The position numbers and the translations under genes are program-made. The notes under the pieces were generated by a model. That model was given only the letters and a program-made list of their open reading frames with translations, made no database searches and was not told the origin of the DNA. Below, one piece after another: positions 12,398-24,765 of a stretch of 64,000 nt of DNA (position 1 is the stretch's first letter; each line of letters starts with the position of its first letter). The DNA is from Mustelus asterias (Eukaryota). Location of the stretch: NCBI RefSeq assembly GCF_964213995.1, contig NW_027590164.1, positions 496,001-560,000 on the forward strand, given 5' to 3'.

Positions 12398-13430
12398 ATG
12401 GATGGAACATTTTCGGACTGGAGGCAGGTTGCTAGTGGAGTGCCACAGGGATCAATGCTTGGTCTCTGCTCTTTGTGATTTTTATTAATGACTTAGAGGA
12501 GGGGGCTGAAGGGTGGATCAGTAAATTTGCAGATGACACCAAGAATGGTGGAGTAGTGGATGAGGTGGAGGGCTGTTGTAGGCTGCAAAGAGACATAGAT
12601 AGGATGCAAAGCTGGGCTGAAAAATGGCAAATGGAGTTTAACCCTGATAAATGTGAGGTGATTCATTTTGGTAGGACTAATTTAAATGCGGATTACAGGG
12701 TCAAAGGCAGGGCTCTGAAGACTGTGGAGGAACAGAGAGATCTTGGGCTCCATATCCACAGATCTCTAAAGGTTGCCACTCAAGTGGATAGAGCTGTGAA
12801 GAAGGCCTATCGTGTGTTAGCTTTTATTAACAGGGGGTTGGAGTTTAAGAGCCGTGGTGTTATGCTACAACTGTACAGGACCTTGGTCAGACCACATTTG
12901 GAATATTGTGTGCAGTTCTGGTCACCTCACAATAAGAAGGATGTGGAAGCGCTGGAAAGAGTGCAGAGGAGGTTTACCAGGATGCTGCCTGGTTTGGAGG
13001 GTAGGTCTTGTGAGGAAAGGTTGAGGGAGTTAGGGCTGTTCTCTCTGGAGCGGAGGAGACTGAGGGGAGACTTAATAGAGGTTTATAAAATGATGAAGGG
13101 GATAGATAGAGTGAATGTTCAAAGACTATTTCCTCGGGTGGATGGAGCGATTACAAGGGGGCATAACTATAGGGTTCATGGTGGGAGATATAGGAAGGAT
13201 ATCAGAGGTAGGTTCTTTACGCAGAGAGTGGTTGGGGTGTGGAATGGACTGCCTGCAGTGATAGTGGAGTCGGACACTTTAGGAACATTTAAGCGGTTAT
13301 TGGATAGGCACATGGAGCACACCAGGATGATAGGGAGTGGGATAGCTTGATCTTGGTTTCAGATAAAGCTTGGCACAACATCGTGGGCCGAAGGGCCTGT
13401 TCTGTGCTGTACTGTTCTATGTTCTATGTA
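12398..13430 (+). mobile_element. CR1-clade LINE, 5'-truncated (RT C-terminal part, ORF 12475-13350)
   Basis: FINDL..KFADDTK RT motif, CR1 C-terminal LERRRLRGDLIEVYK and GTTCTAT tail. Near-identical to 37466-38190. Confidence 0.92.
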
Positions 13431-14199
13431 CATAGGGGGGAAGGAAAAGAGTAGGGTGCAGAATATATTGTTGCCGTTGCAGGCAGGGTGAAGAAAAAGA
13501 TCAGGAGGAGGATCAGCAGGGTAAATCCGTAGGTTTACGGGGATGGGGGTGTGCCTGGGAAAGATGCTCTATGTCATAGAGTCAGTACAGACTCGATGGA
13601 TCGAATGGCCTCTTTCTGCACAGTCAGGATTCTATGATTTGTGAATTGCGGTGACCAACCGTTGAATGGAGGGGTTTCTGAGGTGCAGAGCATTGTGGCA
13701 ATTGTGACCGCCATTAGTCAGTGACTGACTATACATATTTAATTGCAGACTGAGGGCAGGTCAGCAACCTGAACCCTCAATTCTGTTTGTGACTCTCACA
13801 GGCTGCCTGGCCTGATGAATATCTCCAGTATTTATTTTCTTTGTCCCAGAAACAGTCTCGACAGAGTTTTGTTTCTGTGTTATTGTTTTATAGGTTCGAG
13901 TTTAGAAACACAGTTCGGAGCTGGCATGATTCAGGCTGTCTGTTGGATGTAGAACTCAGTTCCTGGCCCCCCGTGTGCGTTTTTTTATTGTTGCTTCAGT
14001 CTGAACTCTATTCATAACTTGCCTCTGTGGGTTCTCTCTCAATCCTGCTGCGTTTTACCAGCATCTTTTCTTTTAATTTTAAGTGGAACCTTAATATATG
14101 CTCAGTACACAGGCCAATTCATCACAAATTCAAAGGAATGTATTTTTAAAAATTAATTAATCTCAATTGCACAAGATAGTTTTCTATTATGTCTTTGAT

Positions 14200-14650
14200 T
14201 GACAATGGCGCCGTTAATTCCCAGGTGCCCCTGCGGGTTTAAAAGTATCCTATTCATTCCACCGGAGCCTATTGCGCAGGTGCAGTGCTCTATCTGGAGT
14301 GTGCGCAGTGCCACTTTGCTCGGAGCCCTGCGAGTGCGGGGGACGTTTTTTCAGCGGGTGAGAGTCAGTGTGGCGGAGGGAGGAATGGAGTCGGGGTGGG
14401 GAGGGAGCGGAGGCTTCACAAATACCCGCTCCAGGTCGCAAGGCCCGAATAAGACCATGCGAGTTCCGGATTTGCAGCTCCCGGGTTTTTTTCCCCGGGA
14501 ACAGGCCCCGGTTTTCGGCCGCCATCTTGTTCCAGCGGGGAAGGAGAGCGCATGCTCTCGGGCTGGTCACAATGGGCGTGGTTTCAGGGGCTGGTTCAGA
14601 ACCACGATCATCAGAGGGACAATATGTTGCAGGGCGCATGCGCAACTATC
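14200..14650. promoter_or_regulatory. CpG-island promoter / first exon region (probably of a ZNF gene)
   Basis: GC/CpG-rich; YY1-type GCCGCCATCTTG 14518-14529; NRF1 GCGCATGCGCA 14634-14644. The ORFs here have no recognisable domain. Confidence 0.6.
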
Positions 14651-14747
14651 CAAGACCATCGGAAGAAGAACATAAGAATTCGGAACAGGAGCCAGTCATT
14701 CGGCCCATCGAGCTTGCTGCATCATTCAATAAGATCATGTCTACTTT

Positions 14748-16040
14748 GGAGAGGCTGGATAGACTGGGACTTTTTTTCTCTGGAGCACAGGAGACTGAGG
14801 GGTGACCTTATAGAGGTCTATAAAATAATGAGGGGCACAGATCAGCTAGATAGTCAATATCTTTTCCCAAAGGTAGGGGAGTCTAAAACTAGAGGGCATA
14901 GGTTTAAGGTGAGAGGGGAAAGATACAAAAGTGTCCAGAGGAGCAATTTGTTCACACAGAGGGTCATAGAGTCAGAGAGGTTTACAGCATGGAAACAGGC
15001 CCTTCGGCCCAACTTGTCCATGCCGCACTTTTGTAAAAATCCCAATTGCCTGCATTTGGCCCATATCCCTCTATACCCATCATACCCATGTAGCTATCGA
15101 AATGCTTTTTAAAAGACAAAATTGAACCCGCCTCGACTACTACCTCTGGCAGCTTGTTCCAGACACTCACCACCCTCTGTGTGAAAACATTGCCCCTCTG
15201 GACACTTTGTATCTCTCCTCTCTCAATTTAAACCTATGCCCTCTAGTTTTAGACTCCCCTACCTTTGGGAAAAGATATTGACTATCCAGCTGATCTATGC
15301 CCCTCATTATTTTATAGACCTCTATAAGATCATCCCTCAGCTTCCTACGCTGAAGAGAAAAAAGTCCCAGTCTATCCAGCCTCTCCTTATAACTCAATCC
15401 ATCAAGTCCCAGTAGCATCCTAGTAAATCTTTGCTGCACTCTTTCTAGTTTAATAATATCCTTTCTATAATAGGGTGACCAGAACTGTACATAGTATTCC
15501 AAGTGTGGCCTTACCAATGTCTTGTACAACTTCAACAAGACATTCCAACACCTGTATTCAATGTTCTGACCGATGAAACCAAGTATGCCGAATGCTTTCT
15601 TCACCACTCTGTCCACCTGTGGCTCCACTTTCAAGGAGCTATGAACATGTACCCCTAGATCTCTTTGTTCTGTAACTCTCCCCAACACCCTACCATTAAC
15701 TGAATAAGTCCTGCCCTGGTTCAATCTACCAAAATGCATCACCTCGCATTTGTCTAAGTTAAACTCCATCTGCCATTCGTCAGCCCACTGGCCCAATTGA
15801 TCAAGATCCCGTTGCAATTAGATAGGGTGGTGAGTATTTGGAACAAGCTGCCAGAGGTAGTAGTAGAGGCGGGTACAATTTAGTCTTTTAAATAGCATTT
15901 AGATAGTTACATGGGTATAGAGGGATATGGGCCAAATGTGGGCAATTGGGATGAGCTTAAGGGTTTAAAAAAAAAGGGCAGCATGGACAAGTTGGGCCGA
16001 AGGGCCGTTTTCCATGCTGCAAATCTCTATGAATCTATGA
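14748..16040. mobile_element. CR1 3' fragment (+; 14748-14963 and ~15821-16040) interrupted by an inverted copy of the same subfamily (-; 14964-15818)
   Basis: Both copies encode RGDLIEVYKIMRG.DQLDSQYLFPKVGESKTRGHRFK. The host breaks at CACAGAGGGT and resumes at ATAGGGTGGTGAG. Confidence 0.82.
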
Positions 16041-16280
16041 CTTTGCTACCCCCACCCCATCCATACCCATGACTTTCTTGTGGATCAGAACCTCAGCTTT
16101 GAATATATTCAATGACCTGCCTCCAATCCTCACTGGTGAAGACAGAGTTCCAAAGATCAACAACCCGCTGAGAGAAAAGATCTCTCTTCATCTTAATCTT
16201 GAATCCTTTATTTTTATTTGATTCCACACCAAAGGAAACATCCTCAGCATCTACATTGTCAAGCACCTTATATCATATGA

Positions 16281-16593
16281 ATCATAGAATCCCAACAGTG
16301 CAGAAGGAGGCCATTCGGCCCATCAAGTTTGTACCAACCACAATCCCACCCAGCCCCATCCCCACAACCCCCTGCATTTACCCTGCTAATCCCCCTGACA
16401 CTTGGGTCAATTTAGCATGGTTCATCCACCGAATCCATACATCTTTGGACTGTGGGAGGGAACTGGAGCACCCTGAGGAAACTCACAGACAAGGGGAAAA
16501 TGTGCAAACTCCACACAGACAGTGACCCAACGCTGGAATTGAACTTGGGATCCTGGTGCTGTGAGGCAGCAGTGCGAACCATTATGCCACCCT
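16281..16593 (-). mobile_element. HE1-type SINE (older, diverged)
   Basis: Head, core and tail recognisable on the minus strand. Confidence 0.8.
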
Positions 16594-17420
16594 GAAATTC
16601 CCAGATGTTTCAATAAGATTACTTCTCAGTCTTCTAAACTCCAAAGAGTACAGGCCCCAGCTGCTCAACCTGAAAGATAAAACTCCTCATTTCAGGAATC
16701 AACCAACTGGATCTTCTCTGAACTGCCTCCACTGCAATTTTGTCCCACTAAAGTAATTCTGTGCAGGTAACAGGAGAGAATGTTTTGAATTTCTGTTCTG
16801 GACAAATGCTGATGGATTTTGGAAACTCCTTTTACAGGGGGTTAGAAGGGGAGGATTTACTCACAGCAAACTCAGACCAAAATAAATGTTTGTCTGTCCT
16901 GAATTTCTAACCTTGAATTACACCTATAACTTTCCTCATTTACAGGGACAAGATTTGAAGATTGCAACATTTTTCCCAGACACCAATCTCTCTGAGATCT
17001 TTGCAGACGTAGACTCCAGCAGATTTAAAACGTTGAAAACAGTGAAATTGTTTTGGGGTGAGTGTGAGTGAGCATTAATTTAAATTTAGAGCATGCTCTG
17101 ATTCCATGGATCTCAGGCTATTGTGACTCCTTTACCATGGATGGGCAGGCAATGGTGCAGTGACAGTGTTATTGGATTAGTAATACAGGGATCCAGGGCA
17201 ATGCACTGTGAACCCTGGGTTCGAATCCCACAGTGGCAGATGTTGAAATTTGAATTCAGTAAAAATCTAGAATTAGAAGTCCATTGATGACAATTGTTGT
17301 AAAAATCCATCCAATTTAATAATGTCCTTTAAAGAAGGGAATTACCACATCCCCCAGCAATGCAAACCACTCAGTTCAAGGGCAATGAGTTATGGGCAAT
17401 AGCTGCTGACGCAGCCAACA

Positions 17421-18650
17421 CATAGAGTCATAGAGCAATACAGCACGGAAACAGGCCCTTGGGCCCAACTGATCCATGCCAACCATGGTGCCCTCCCAGC
17501 TAGTCCCAATTGCCCATGTTTGGCTCATATCCCTCGAATCCTTTCCAATTCATGTACTTATGCTTTTTAAATGTTTAAACCTGTCTCAACCACTTTCTCT
17601 GGCAGTTCATTCCATGTACACACCACCCTCTGCATGAAGAAGTTGCCCCTCAGGTCCCTTTTAATCTTTTCCCTCTCACCTTAAACCTAGGCCCTCTAGT
17701 TTTCAATTCCCCATCCCTGGTAAAAAGACAATGTGGGTTCATCCTATCTATGCCCCCCATGATTTAATACACCTCAACATAGTCACCCCACATTCTCCTA
17801 CATTCGCAGGAATACAACCCTAGCCTGTCCAACCTCTCGTGATCACTCAGGCCCATTAGTCCCGGCAACATCCTCATAAATCTTCTTTGCACTCTTTCCA
17901 GTTTATGAATGTCTTTCCTATAACAGGATTACAAAACTGTACACAATACTCCAAGTGCAGCGTCACCAACAACTTATACAACTATAACATAATGTCCCAA
18001 CTCCTATACTCAGTGCCCTGACTGATGAAGGCCAGTGCGCTAAATGCCTTCTTCACCACTCTGTCTACCTGTGCCGCCACTTCCAACAAACTATGTACTT
18101 GTACTCCTGGGTTCCTCTGTTCCTCAACACTCCCCAGGGCCTTACCATTCACTGTACAAGTCCTCCCCTGGTTTGACTTTCCAAAATGCAACACTCACAC
18201 TTAAGACCTTAAGACATAGGAGCAGAATTAGGCCACTTGGCCCATCGAGTCTGCTCCGCCATTCAATCATGGCTGATATTTTTCTCATCCCCATTCTCCT
18301 GCCTTTTTCCCATCACCCCAGATCCCCTTATTCATCAAGAACCTATCTATCTCTGTCTTAAAGACAGTCAATGACCCGGCCTCCACAGCCTTCTGCGGCA
18401 AAGAGTTCCACAAATCACCACTCTCTGGCTGAAGAAATTCCTCCTTATCTCTGTTTTAAAGGATCGTCCCTTCAGCCTGAGGTTATGCCTCTGTACTCTG
18501 TATTATCTGTACTGAAATCCATTTGCCAATCATCGGCCCACTTCCCTAACCGATCAACTGATCAAGATCCCCCTGTAATTTTTGATAACCTTCTTCACTA
18601 TCAGCGATACCTCCTAATTTAGTATCGTCTGCAAACTTGCTAACCATGCT
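17421..18650 (-). mobile_element. Degenerate CR1 fragment with a nested second CR1 3' end (~18201-18490)
   Basis: ORF 17982-18194 HFGKSNQGR..QVDRVVKKAF; tail repeats at 17421 and 18201. Confidence 0.75.
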
Positions 18651-20611
18651 TTTTATGAATTTTTAAACGGCCATCCATTTCTCTGTTCCACCTCTGCCCT
18701 CCCTGATCAGCTCTCTGCCATTGTCTACCTTCCTCTACCTCTAATAATGGGTGTATTTTAACTATTATTTCCGCAAGCTATGTCTTGATGAGGTTTTTAC
18801 CACTTCACAACTCTATTCACTGCTGATTTACCAGCTTAGTCCTACAATGTTCAGGAATTGTTTCTCTTCCACTGGAGATCATTTCCCTTCCACTTCTGAG
18901 CTTATATTGACCAACAAAATCTGATACATTTTTATTTCCTGTAATTCATTCTGCCCACCCTGAAACGTTAATCTTCTTTCTGTCTAAAAGGATGGTCTCT
19001 TTCCCAATGTTCACAATTAAAGGGCAGGAGATGGCTGACATTTAAGGGGACAGTAAATTAATATAGGACAGAGATATGTCTAGTGTTATTATATGGTACC
19101 CAGATTAGATAAATTATTTATGTTTCTGTAATAAAATATATTTATTATTATTTCTTGCATTGTAATATAATACTGTAGCGATGTTATACATTTCCAGTCA
19201 TAAAGTCATTACAGCACAGAAGGAATCCATTCGGTAACTCGAGTCCATGCTGACTCTCTGTATAACATTCCAGTCCCATTCCCACTCTATATCCTCATTC
19301 TCCTGAAAGTTTATTTCCTTCAAGAGCCCATCCACTTTCATTTTTAAATAGAGTCCATAGATATGGATGGAGATTTACAACTTTTTGGGAATGAAATAGG
19401 AAAGAATGTTCCATAGAAACTAGAATTGTCTGCTCTGAATTTCTATCCTATACTGACTGTGATGACTTTTGCAAACTCGTTTCACAGGATATTGAATGAG
19501 GAATCACAGGCAAAAATTTCAACTGTCACGTCTAGACAGAGTCATATTTCTTGGGATCTGAATATCTTGTAATATGGAACTGTAGCTACGTTATATATTT
19601 CCAGACATCTCTTCCCTCAGAGGGTTGTGAGTCTTTTGGATTTCTCTTCCACAGGGACCAGTGGAGGCTGAGGATCATTGAATATATTCCAGTTAGACAG
19701 ATCTTTGATTGACAAGGGTGTCAAGGGTTATGGGGAACAGACAAGAAGATGGAGCAAAAGCTAATACGTGGGGGGATTTCTTCACTCAAGGATGTGGGAA
19801 AGCTTTGGAATTCTCAACCCCTGAGGACAGTGGAGCCTCAGTCATCAACTATTTTCAAGAGTTTGATTGATTGGTTTCTGGATATTGAAGAGATCAAGGG
19901 ATATGGGTTTAGTGTGGGGAGAATGATGCTGAGGTAGATGAACGAATTATCTCATTGAATAGTTTAAAAGGCTCGATGGGCCAAATGGCCGACTGCAGCT
20001 CCTATTTGTTATGGTCTCTGTGTCCAGGACAGGAAGCAGTGAGCATGGATCTGTCAATCAGCCTCAATCAGCACCTTCAAGAGAATTGGGAGGGTGAATA
20101 TTAGATACAGCAGAGTGAGAATGGAGGGAGACTGTGTGGGATGGAGATTTACAGCTTTTGGGGACTGAAATAGGAAAGAATGTTCCATAGAAACGAGAAT
20201 TGTCTGTTCTGAATTTCTATCCTGTACTGACACTGATGACTTTTGTAAACTTGTTTTACAGGATATTGGAAGAGGAATCACAGGCCGAAATCTCAAACGT
20301 CACGTCAGATCTGACAGAGTCATATTCCTTGGGAGCTGAATATCATCGGCCATTGAATCGAGAAGGAGAAATGATTGTCCAGTTTGTCGATTTGAAAAGA
20401 TTTCAAACATCAGTGTGACTGGAAAAGCACCAACACACTGCCACACGCGAGTGAGAGTCTTCCAGTGCACTGACTAAAGAGCTTTAACCAGTTACACAGC
20501 CTGAATAAATATCACACCATTCACAGCGGGGAGAGACTGTACCCGTGTTGTGAGTGAGGACGAGGCTTCAACTGATTGTCCACCCAAGAGAGCGGCAAGG
20601 ACACCTGCACC

Positions 20612-21202
20612 ATGGAGAAACCATGGAAATGTGGGGACTGTGAGAAGAGATACAGATCTCCATCAGAGCTGGAAGCTCATCGGCGCAGCCACACTGGGGA
20701 GAGACCATTCATCTGCTCTCAGTGTGGGGAGGGATACACTCTGTCATCCAGCCTGCAGTCACACCAGCGAGTTCACACTGGGGAGAGACCATTCATCTGC
20801 TCTCAGTGTGGGGAGGGATTCACTCGGTCATCTGACCTGCTGAGACACCAGCGAGTTCACACTGGGGAGAGACCATTCACCTGCTCTCAGTGTGGGGAAG
20901 GATTCACTCAGTCATCCAGCCTGCGGACACACCAGCGAGTTCACAGTGGGGAGAGACCGTTCAGCTGCCCTCAGTGTGGGAACGGATTCACTCAGTCATC
21001 CAGCCTGCGGACACACCAGCGAGTTCACAGTGGGGAGAGGCCATTCACCTGCTCTCAGTGTGGGAAGGGATTCAGTCATTCGTCCAACCTGCAGACACAC
21101 CAGCGAGTTCACACTGGGGAGAGGCCATTCACCTGCTCTCAGTGTGGGGAGGGATTCACTCGGTCCTCCCACCTGTTGAGACACCAGCGAGTTCACGAGT
21201 GA
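20612..21202 (+). CDS. C2H2 zinc-finger protein, 7 fingers, no KRAB/BTB/SCAN seen (196 aa from ATG 20612)
   Basis: Open frame [10 protein letters not shown]...HQRVHE*, with 28-aa repeats C-x2-C-x12-H-x3-H and TGERPF linkers. Upstream acceptor TTTTACAG at ~20261 and degenerate finger relics at ~20440-20600. Confidence 0.85.
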   Translation: MEKPWKCGDCEKRYRSPSELEAHRRSHTGERPFICSQCGEGYTLSSSLQSHQRVHTGERPFICSQCGEGFTRSSDLLRHQRVHTGERPFTCSQCGEGFTQSSSLRTHQRVHSGERPFSCPQCGNGFTQSSSLRTHQRVHSGERPFTCSQCGKGFSHSSNLQTHQRVHTGERPFTCSQCGEGFTRSSHLLRHQRVHE

Positions 21203-21439
21203 TTCCAGGGGTTGGATTCTGCTGTTATTGTTTCTGCTCTCAATTACATCCAGGACTGCATTTTGTTCATTCTCACAGTTGGTCAATGGGGAGGGTCGGA
21301 GGGTTTCTTTCTGCTGGACTGGCCGATCTCATGACTTTGCTTCCAGTGGCTGGTGCTCTTTGAGTCTTGTTGCGAATACCTGGTTTCAAATTTCACACGG
21401 ATCACAGAGTGACAGGGTGTGAGGAAGAGATAGTCACTA

Positions 21440-21745
21440 TTTCTGTTTTAAACTCCCCCAGATGCCCATCCAATTTCCTTTGTAATTGTTTATTGTCTCC
21501 ACTTCCTCCACCCTCGTAGGCAGCGAGTTCCAGGTCATTACCATTCGCTGCATCAAAATATTCTTCCTCACATCCCTCCCTACATCTCTGACCCCAAACC
21601 ATAAATCTGCGCCCCCTCGTCCTTGTCCCTTCAGCTAATGGGAACAGCTTTTCTTTGTCCACCTTATCTAAACCTGTCAGAATCTTGTCCACCTCTATCA
21701 AATCTCCCCTCAACCTCCTTTGCTCCAAGGAGAACAACCCCAGCC
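21440..21745 (-). mobile_element. CR1 3' fragment
   Basis: RLGLFSLEQRRLRGDLIEV in ORF 21402-21767. Confidence 0.8.
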
Positions 21746-22238
21746 TGACTTCGACAATAAAGAACAAACTAACAGAATATGTTAATACCTGAAATCAAAT
21801 GGGAATGTTTAATTTCTGTTTTAATGATATTGTGAATATATTGTCCTGGACAATAAAGGAATTGGAATAACTCACCTTGGGTGTATTTGAATGGAATATA
21901 TCAATCTGATATCCACCTGCAGTCTAATGAAAGTCTGGAATGTGTAGCTGGAAATCCCTCCCTAACAGCACTGTGGGTGTACTTACACCTCAGGCATTGT
22001 AGCAGTTCAGGAAGGCAGTGTTGGGGTTGACCATGGCCGAGGCAACTACATACAGCCACATATTCTGTTATAATTGAAGGACAGCAGATTGAATGTGAGG
22101 CATTATGGGACTGGACTATCTTGACCACATTCCTGTGACTGCTCAGTTTCTGCAATCACGGACCAATAAAGCTGCTTAGCAGGGCCCCAACAGAGGAGCT
22201 GGTGAGAATATTTACTCAGAATGAGTTAGAATTTAACT

Positions 22239-22560
22239 GGGGCGGCACGGTGGTACAGTGGTTAGCACTGCTCGCTCACAGCGCCAGGGACCCGGGTTCG
22301 ATTCCCAGCTTGGGTCACTGTCTGTGTGGAGTTTGCAGCTTCTCCCCGTGTCTGTGTAGGTTTCCTCCGAGTGCTCCAGTTTCCTCCCACAGTCCAAAGA
22401 TGTGTGGGTTAGGTGGATTGGCCATGCTAAATTGCCCCTTAGTGTTAGGGGGACTAGCTGGGGTAAATGCATGGGGTTATGGGGATAGGGTCGGTGGGAT
22501 TGTGATTGGTGCAGACTTGATGGGCTGAATGGCCTCCTTCTGCACTGTAGAGATTCTATG
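22239..22560 (+). mobile_element. HE1-type SINE, full length
   Basis: GGGGCGGCACGGTGGTACAGTGGTTAGCAC head through to the GATTCTATG tail. Confidence 0.88.
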
Positions 22561-22931
22561 AGATTGTTGCAGGACCGGCTGGTGTTCAGCAGCTGAGAAA
22601 CCTGGAATCTGTGAAAAAGGGCTCTGACTAATCAACAAACGGGGGTAGGAAGCTGACTAAGAAGTTAAGAAGCGTTCTCAGGCATGTTTAAATTATTTTA
22701 TCAGAAATTTGTGATAAGAACTGTGAGGGACTTGTGACCTGATAGTTGGTGAAGTGACGGTATACTCCAAGTAGCACTGGACTGAAAAGCAGATCTCTGA
22801 GAGTAGATTCTAACAGTTATAATCTTACCCAAGCATGGCCAGTGAAAAATCAGAGCTCGAGTGGGGACTGGACAGGTCTCTTACCTGCCATTTGGAAACT
22901 AGGAACAAGAAACCTATCGATTAAAATGATT

Positions 22932-23112
22932 AGAGAATAGAGCCAACCTTTCGAGTCTGGATGACATTTCATAAGAGCTCTTATAAAGGGTCATCCAGAC
23001 TCAAAACATTGGCTCTATTCTCTCTCCACAGATATTGACAGACCTGCTGAGATTTTCCAGAATTTTCTGGGTTTTTTTCAGATTCCAGTATCCGCAGTAT
23101 TTTACTTTTATG
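22932..23112. mobile_element. Penelope-like terminal repeat with an inverted partial copy (46-bp-arm palindrome)
   Basis: Arms 22932-22977 / 22978-23023 (6 mismatches) centred on GAGCTC; each arm holds a degenerate HHR (…TATGAA..GTCATCCAGACTCGAAA). Confidence 0.68.
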
Positions 23113-24024
23113 ATAAAATGATTCGGTCTGATTGGAATCCCCACGACCTTCCCGCAAAACAGAGGGAGTGGTGGCAAAGGGAGAAAAAGGATAAGGATGA
23201 TGAAGTCTGAGTTCTGATTCTCCACTAAGAGGCAATTTAGCATGGCCAATCCACCTAACCCGCACATCTTTGGACTGTGGGAGGAAACCGGAGCACCCGG
23301 AGGAAACCCATGCAGACACAGGAAGAATGTGCAAACTCCACACAGACAGCAACCTGAGCCGGGATATAACAAAAAAAAATTAATAGATGAAGTTTAAAAT
23401 CATTTGTTTTGTTTTAAACTTGTGTAAAGTGATGTAATTGTGTGCCAAGTTTTTTCTGCTCCCTCCCCACCCCTTTAGGTTCTGTAGAAAAGTTAACCCT
23501 TTCAGCAGACAGTTCATTTGTTTTTAAATCGCCTGAAAACTCGTGTATATTTTAGTTTATAATTGAAGATTTCTGGGAATTGGCTAAGATGGGCTTTTGA
23601 CATTTTTAAAGTATAAAAAAGTGATCTTGAGAAGGCAATTTGGTAGGGAGAGGTGGAGGGAGAGATGTTTACAGAGAGGTGTTGAGGGCTGTTGGTTTTA
23701 CAAGTTATCCATGTTTTTGGAGCGGTCACTTCATGTCCTGGTCTGAGAGGGATGGAGAGAAGTCTGTTCAATTGTTAAAGTTAAACTTTCTCCATTAACT
23801 GTTAATCGACACTCTGTTTTTTATCTCTCTGACTTGTTACATTTTTAATGATTAATAAACTTTCTGAATTCACCATTTAAAGTATTCTTTCTTGCCACAT
23901 GGTTAAGACACTGGAACCTGGTGTGATTTACTATTAGGGAGGTTCTTGTAAACAAGAGAACCCTCATAAATCTTAGTTCAAATAAATCAAAGTTCTGACA
24001 AATGGAATGTTATCCTTTATTATT

Positions 24025-24765
24025 CCGGACAAATGAGAGGTAATGCATTTTGGAAGGTCTAATACAGATAGAAAATATACAGTAAATGGCAGAACCCTTA
24101 AGAGTATTGATAGGCAAATGGATCTGGGGTACAGGTACACAGGTCACTGAAAGTGGCAATGCAGGTGGAGAAGGTAGTCAAGAAGGCATACGGCATGCTT
24201 GCCTTCATCGGCCCGGGTATTGAGTTTAAAAATTGGCAAGTCATGTTGCAGCTTTATAGAACCTTAGTTAGGCCGCACTTGAAATATAGTGTTCAATTCT
24301 GGTGCCACACTACCAGAAGGATGTGGAGGCTTTGGAGAGGGTACAGAAAAGACTTACCAGGATGTTGTCTGGTATGGAGCGCATTAGCTCTGAGGAGAGG
24401 TTGGAGAAGCTTGGTTTGTTCTCACTGGAGTGACAGAGGTTGAGGGGGGACCTGATAGAAGTCTACAAGATTGAGAGGCATGGATGGAGTGGATAGTCAG
24501 AAGCTTTTTCCCAGGGTGGAAGGTTTAAAGGAGATGTTCGAGGCAGATTTTTTACAGAATAGCGGGTGTTTGGAACTCGTTGGCGAGGGAGGGAGTGGAA
24601 GCGGATACAGTAGTGACTTTATGGAGCGTCTTGACAAATACATGAATAGGATGGGAATATATATGGTCCCCGGAAGGGTAGGAGGTTTTAGTTAAGTTGG
24701 GCAGCATGGTCGGTGCAGGCTTGGAGGGCTGAAGGGCCTGTTCCTGTGCTGTAATTTTCTTTGTT
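24025..24765 (+). mobile_element. Degenerate CR1 3' fragment
   Basis: QVEKVVKKAYGMLAFI..LYRTLVRPHL; 3' end GAAGGGCCTGTTCCTGTGCTGTA. Confidence 0.82.

Noticed and set aside
14199-14805. Overlapping 130-160 aa ORFs in the GC-rich island (also 167-622)
   Set aside because: No domain features; expected in GC-rich promoter DNA.
20890-21363. Long alternative-frame ORFs over the ZNF arrays (also 28139-28732, 28275-28823)
   Set aside because: By-products of stop-free 84-bp tandem repeats.
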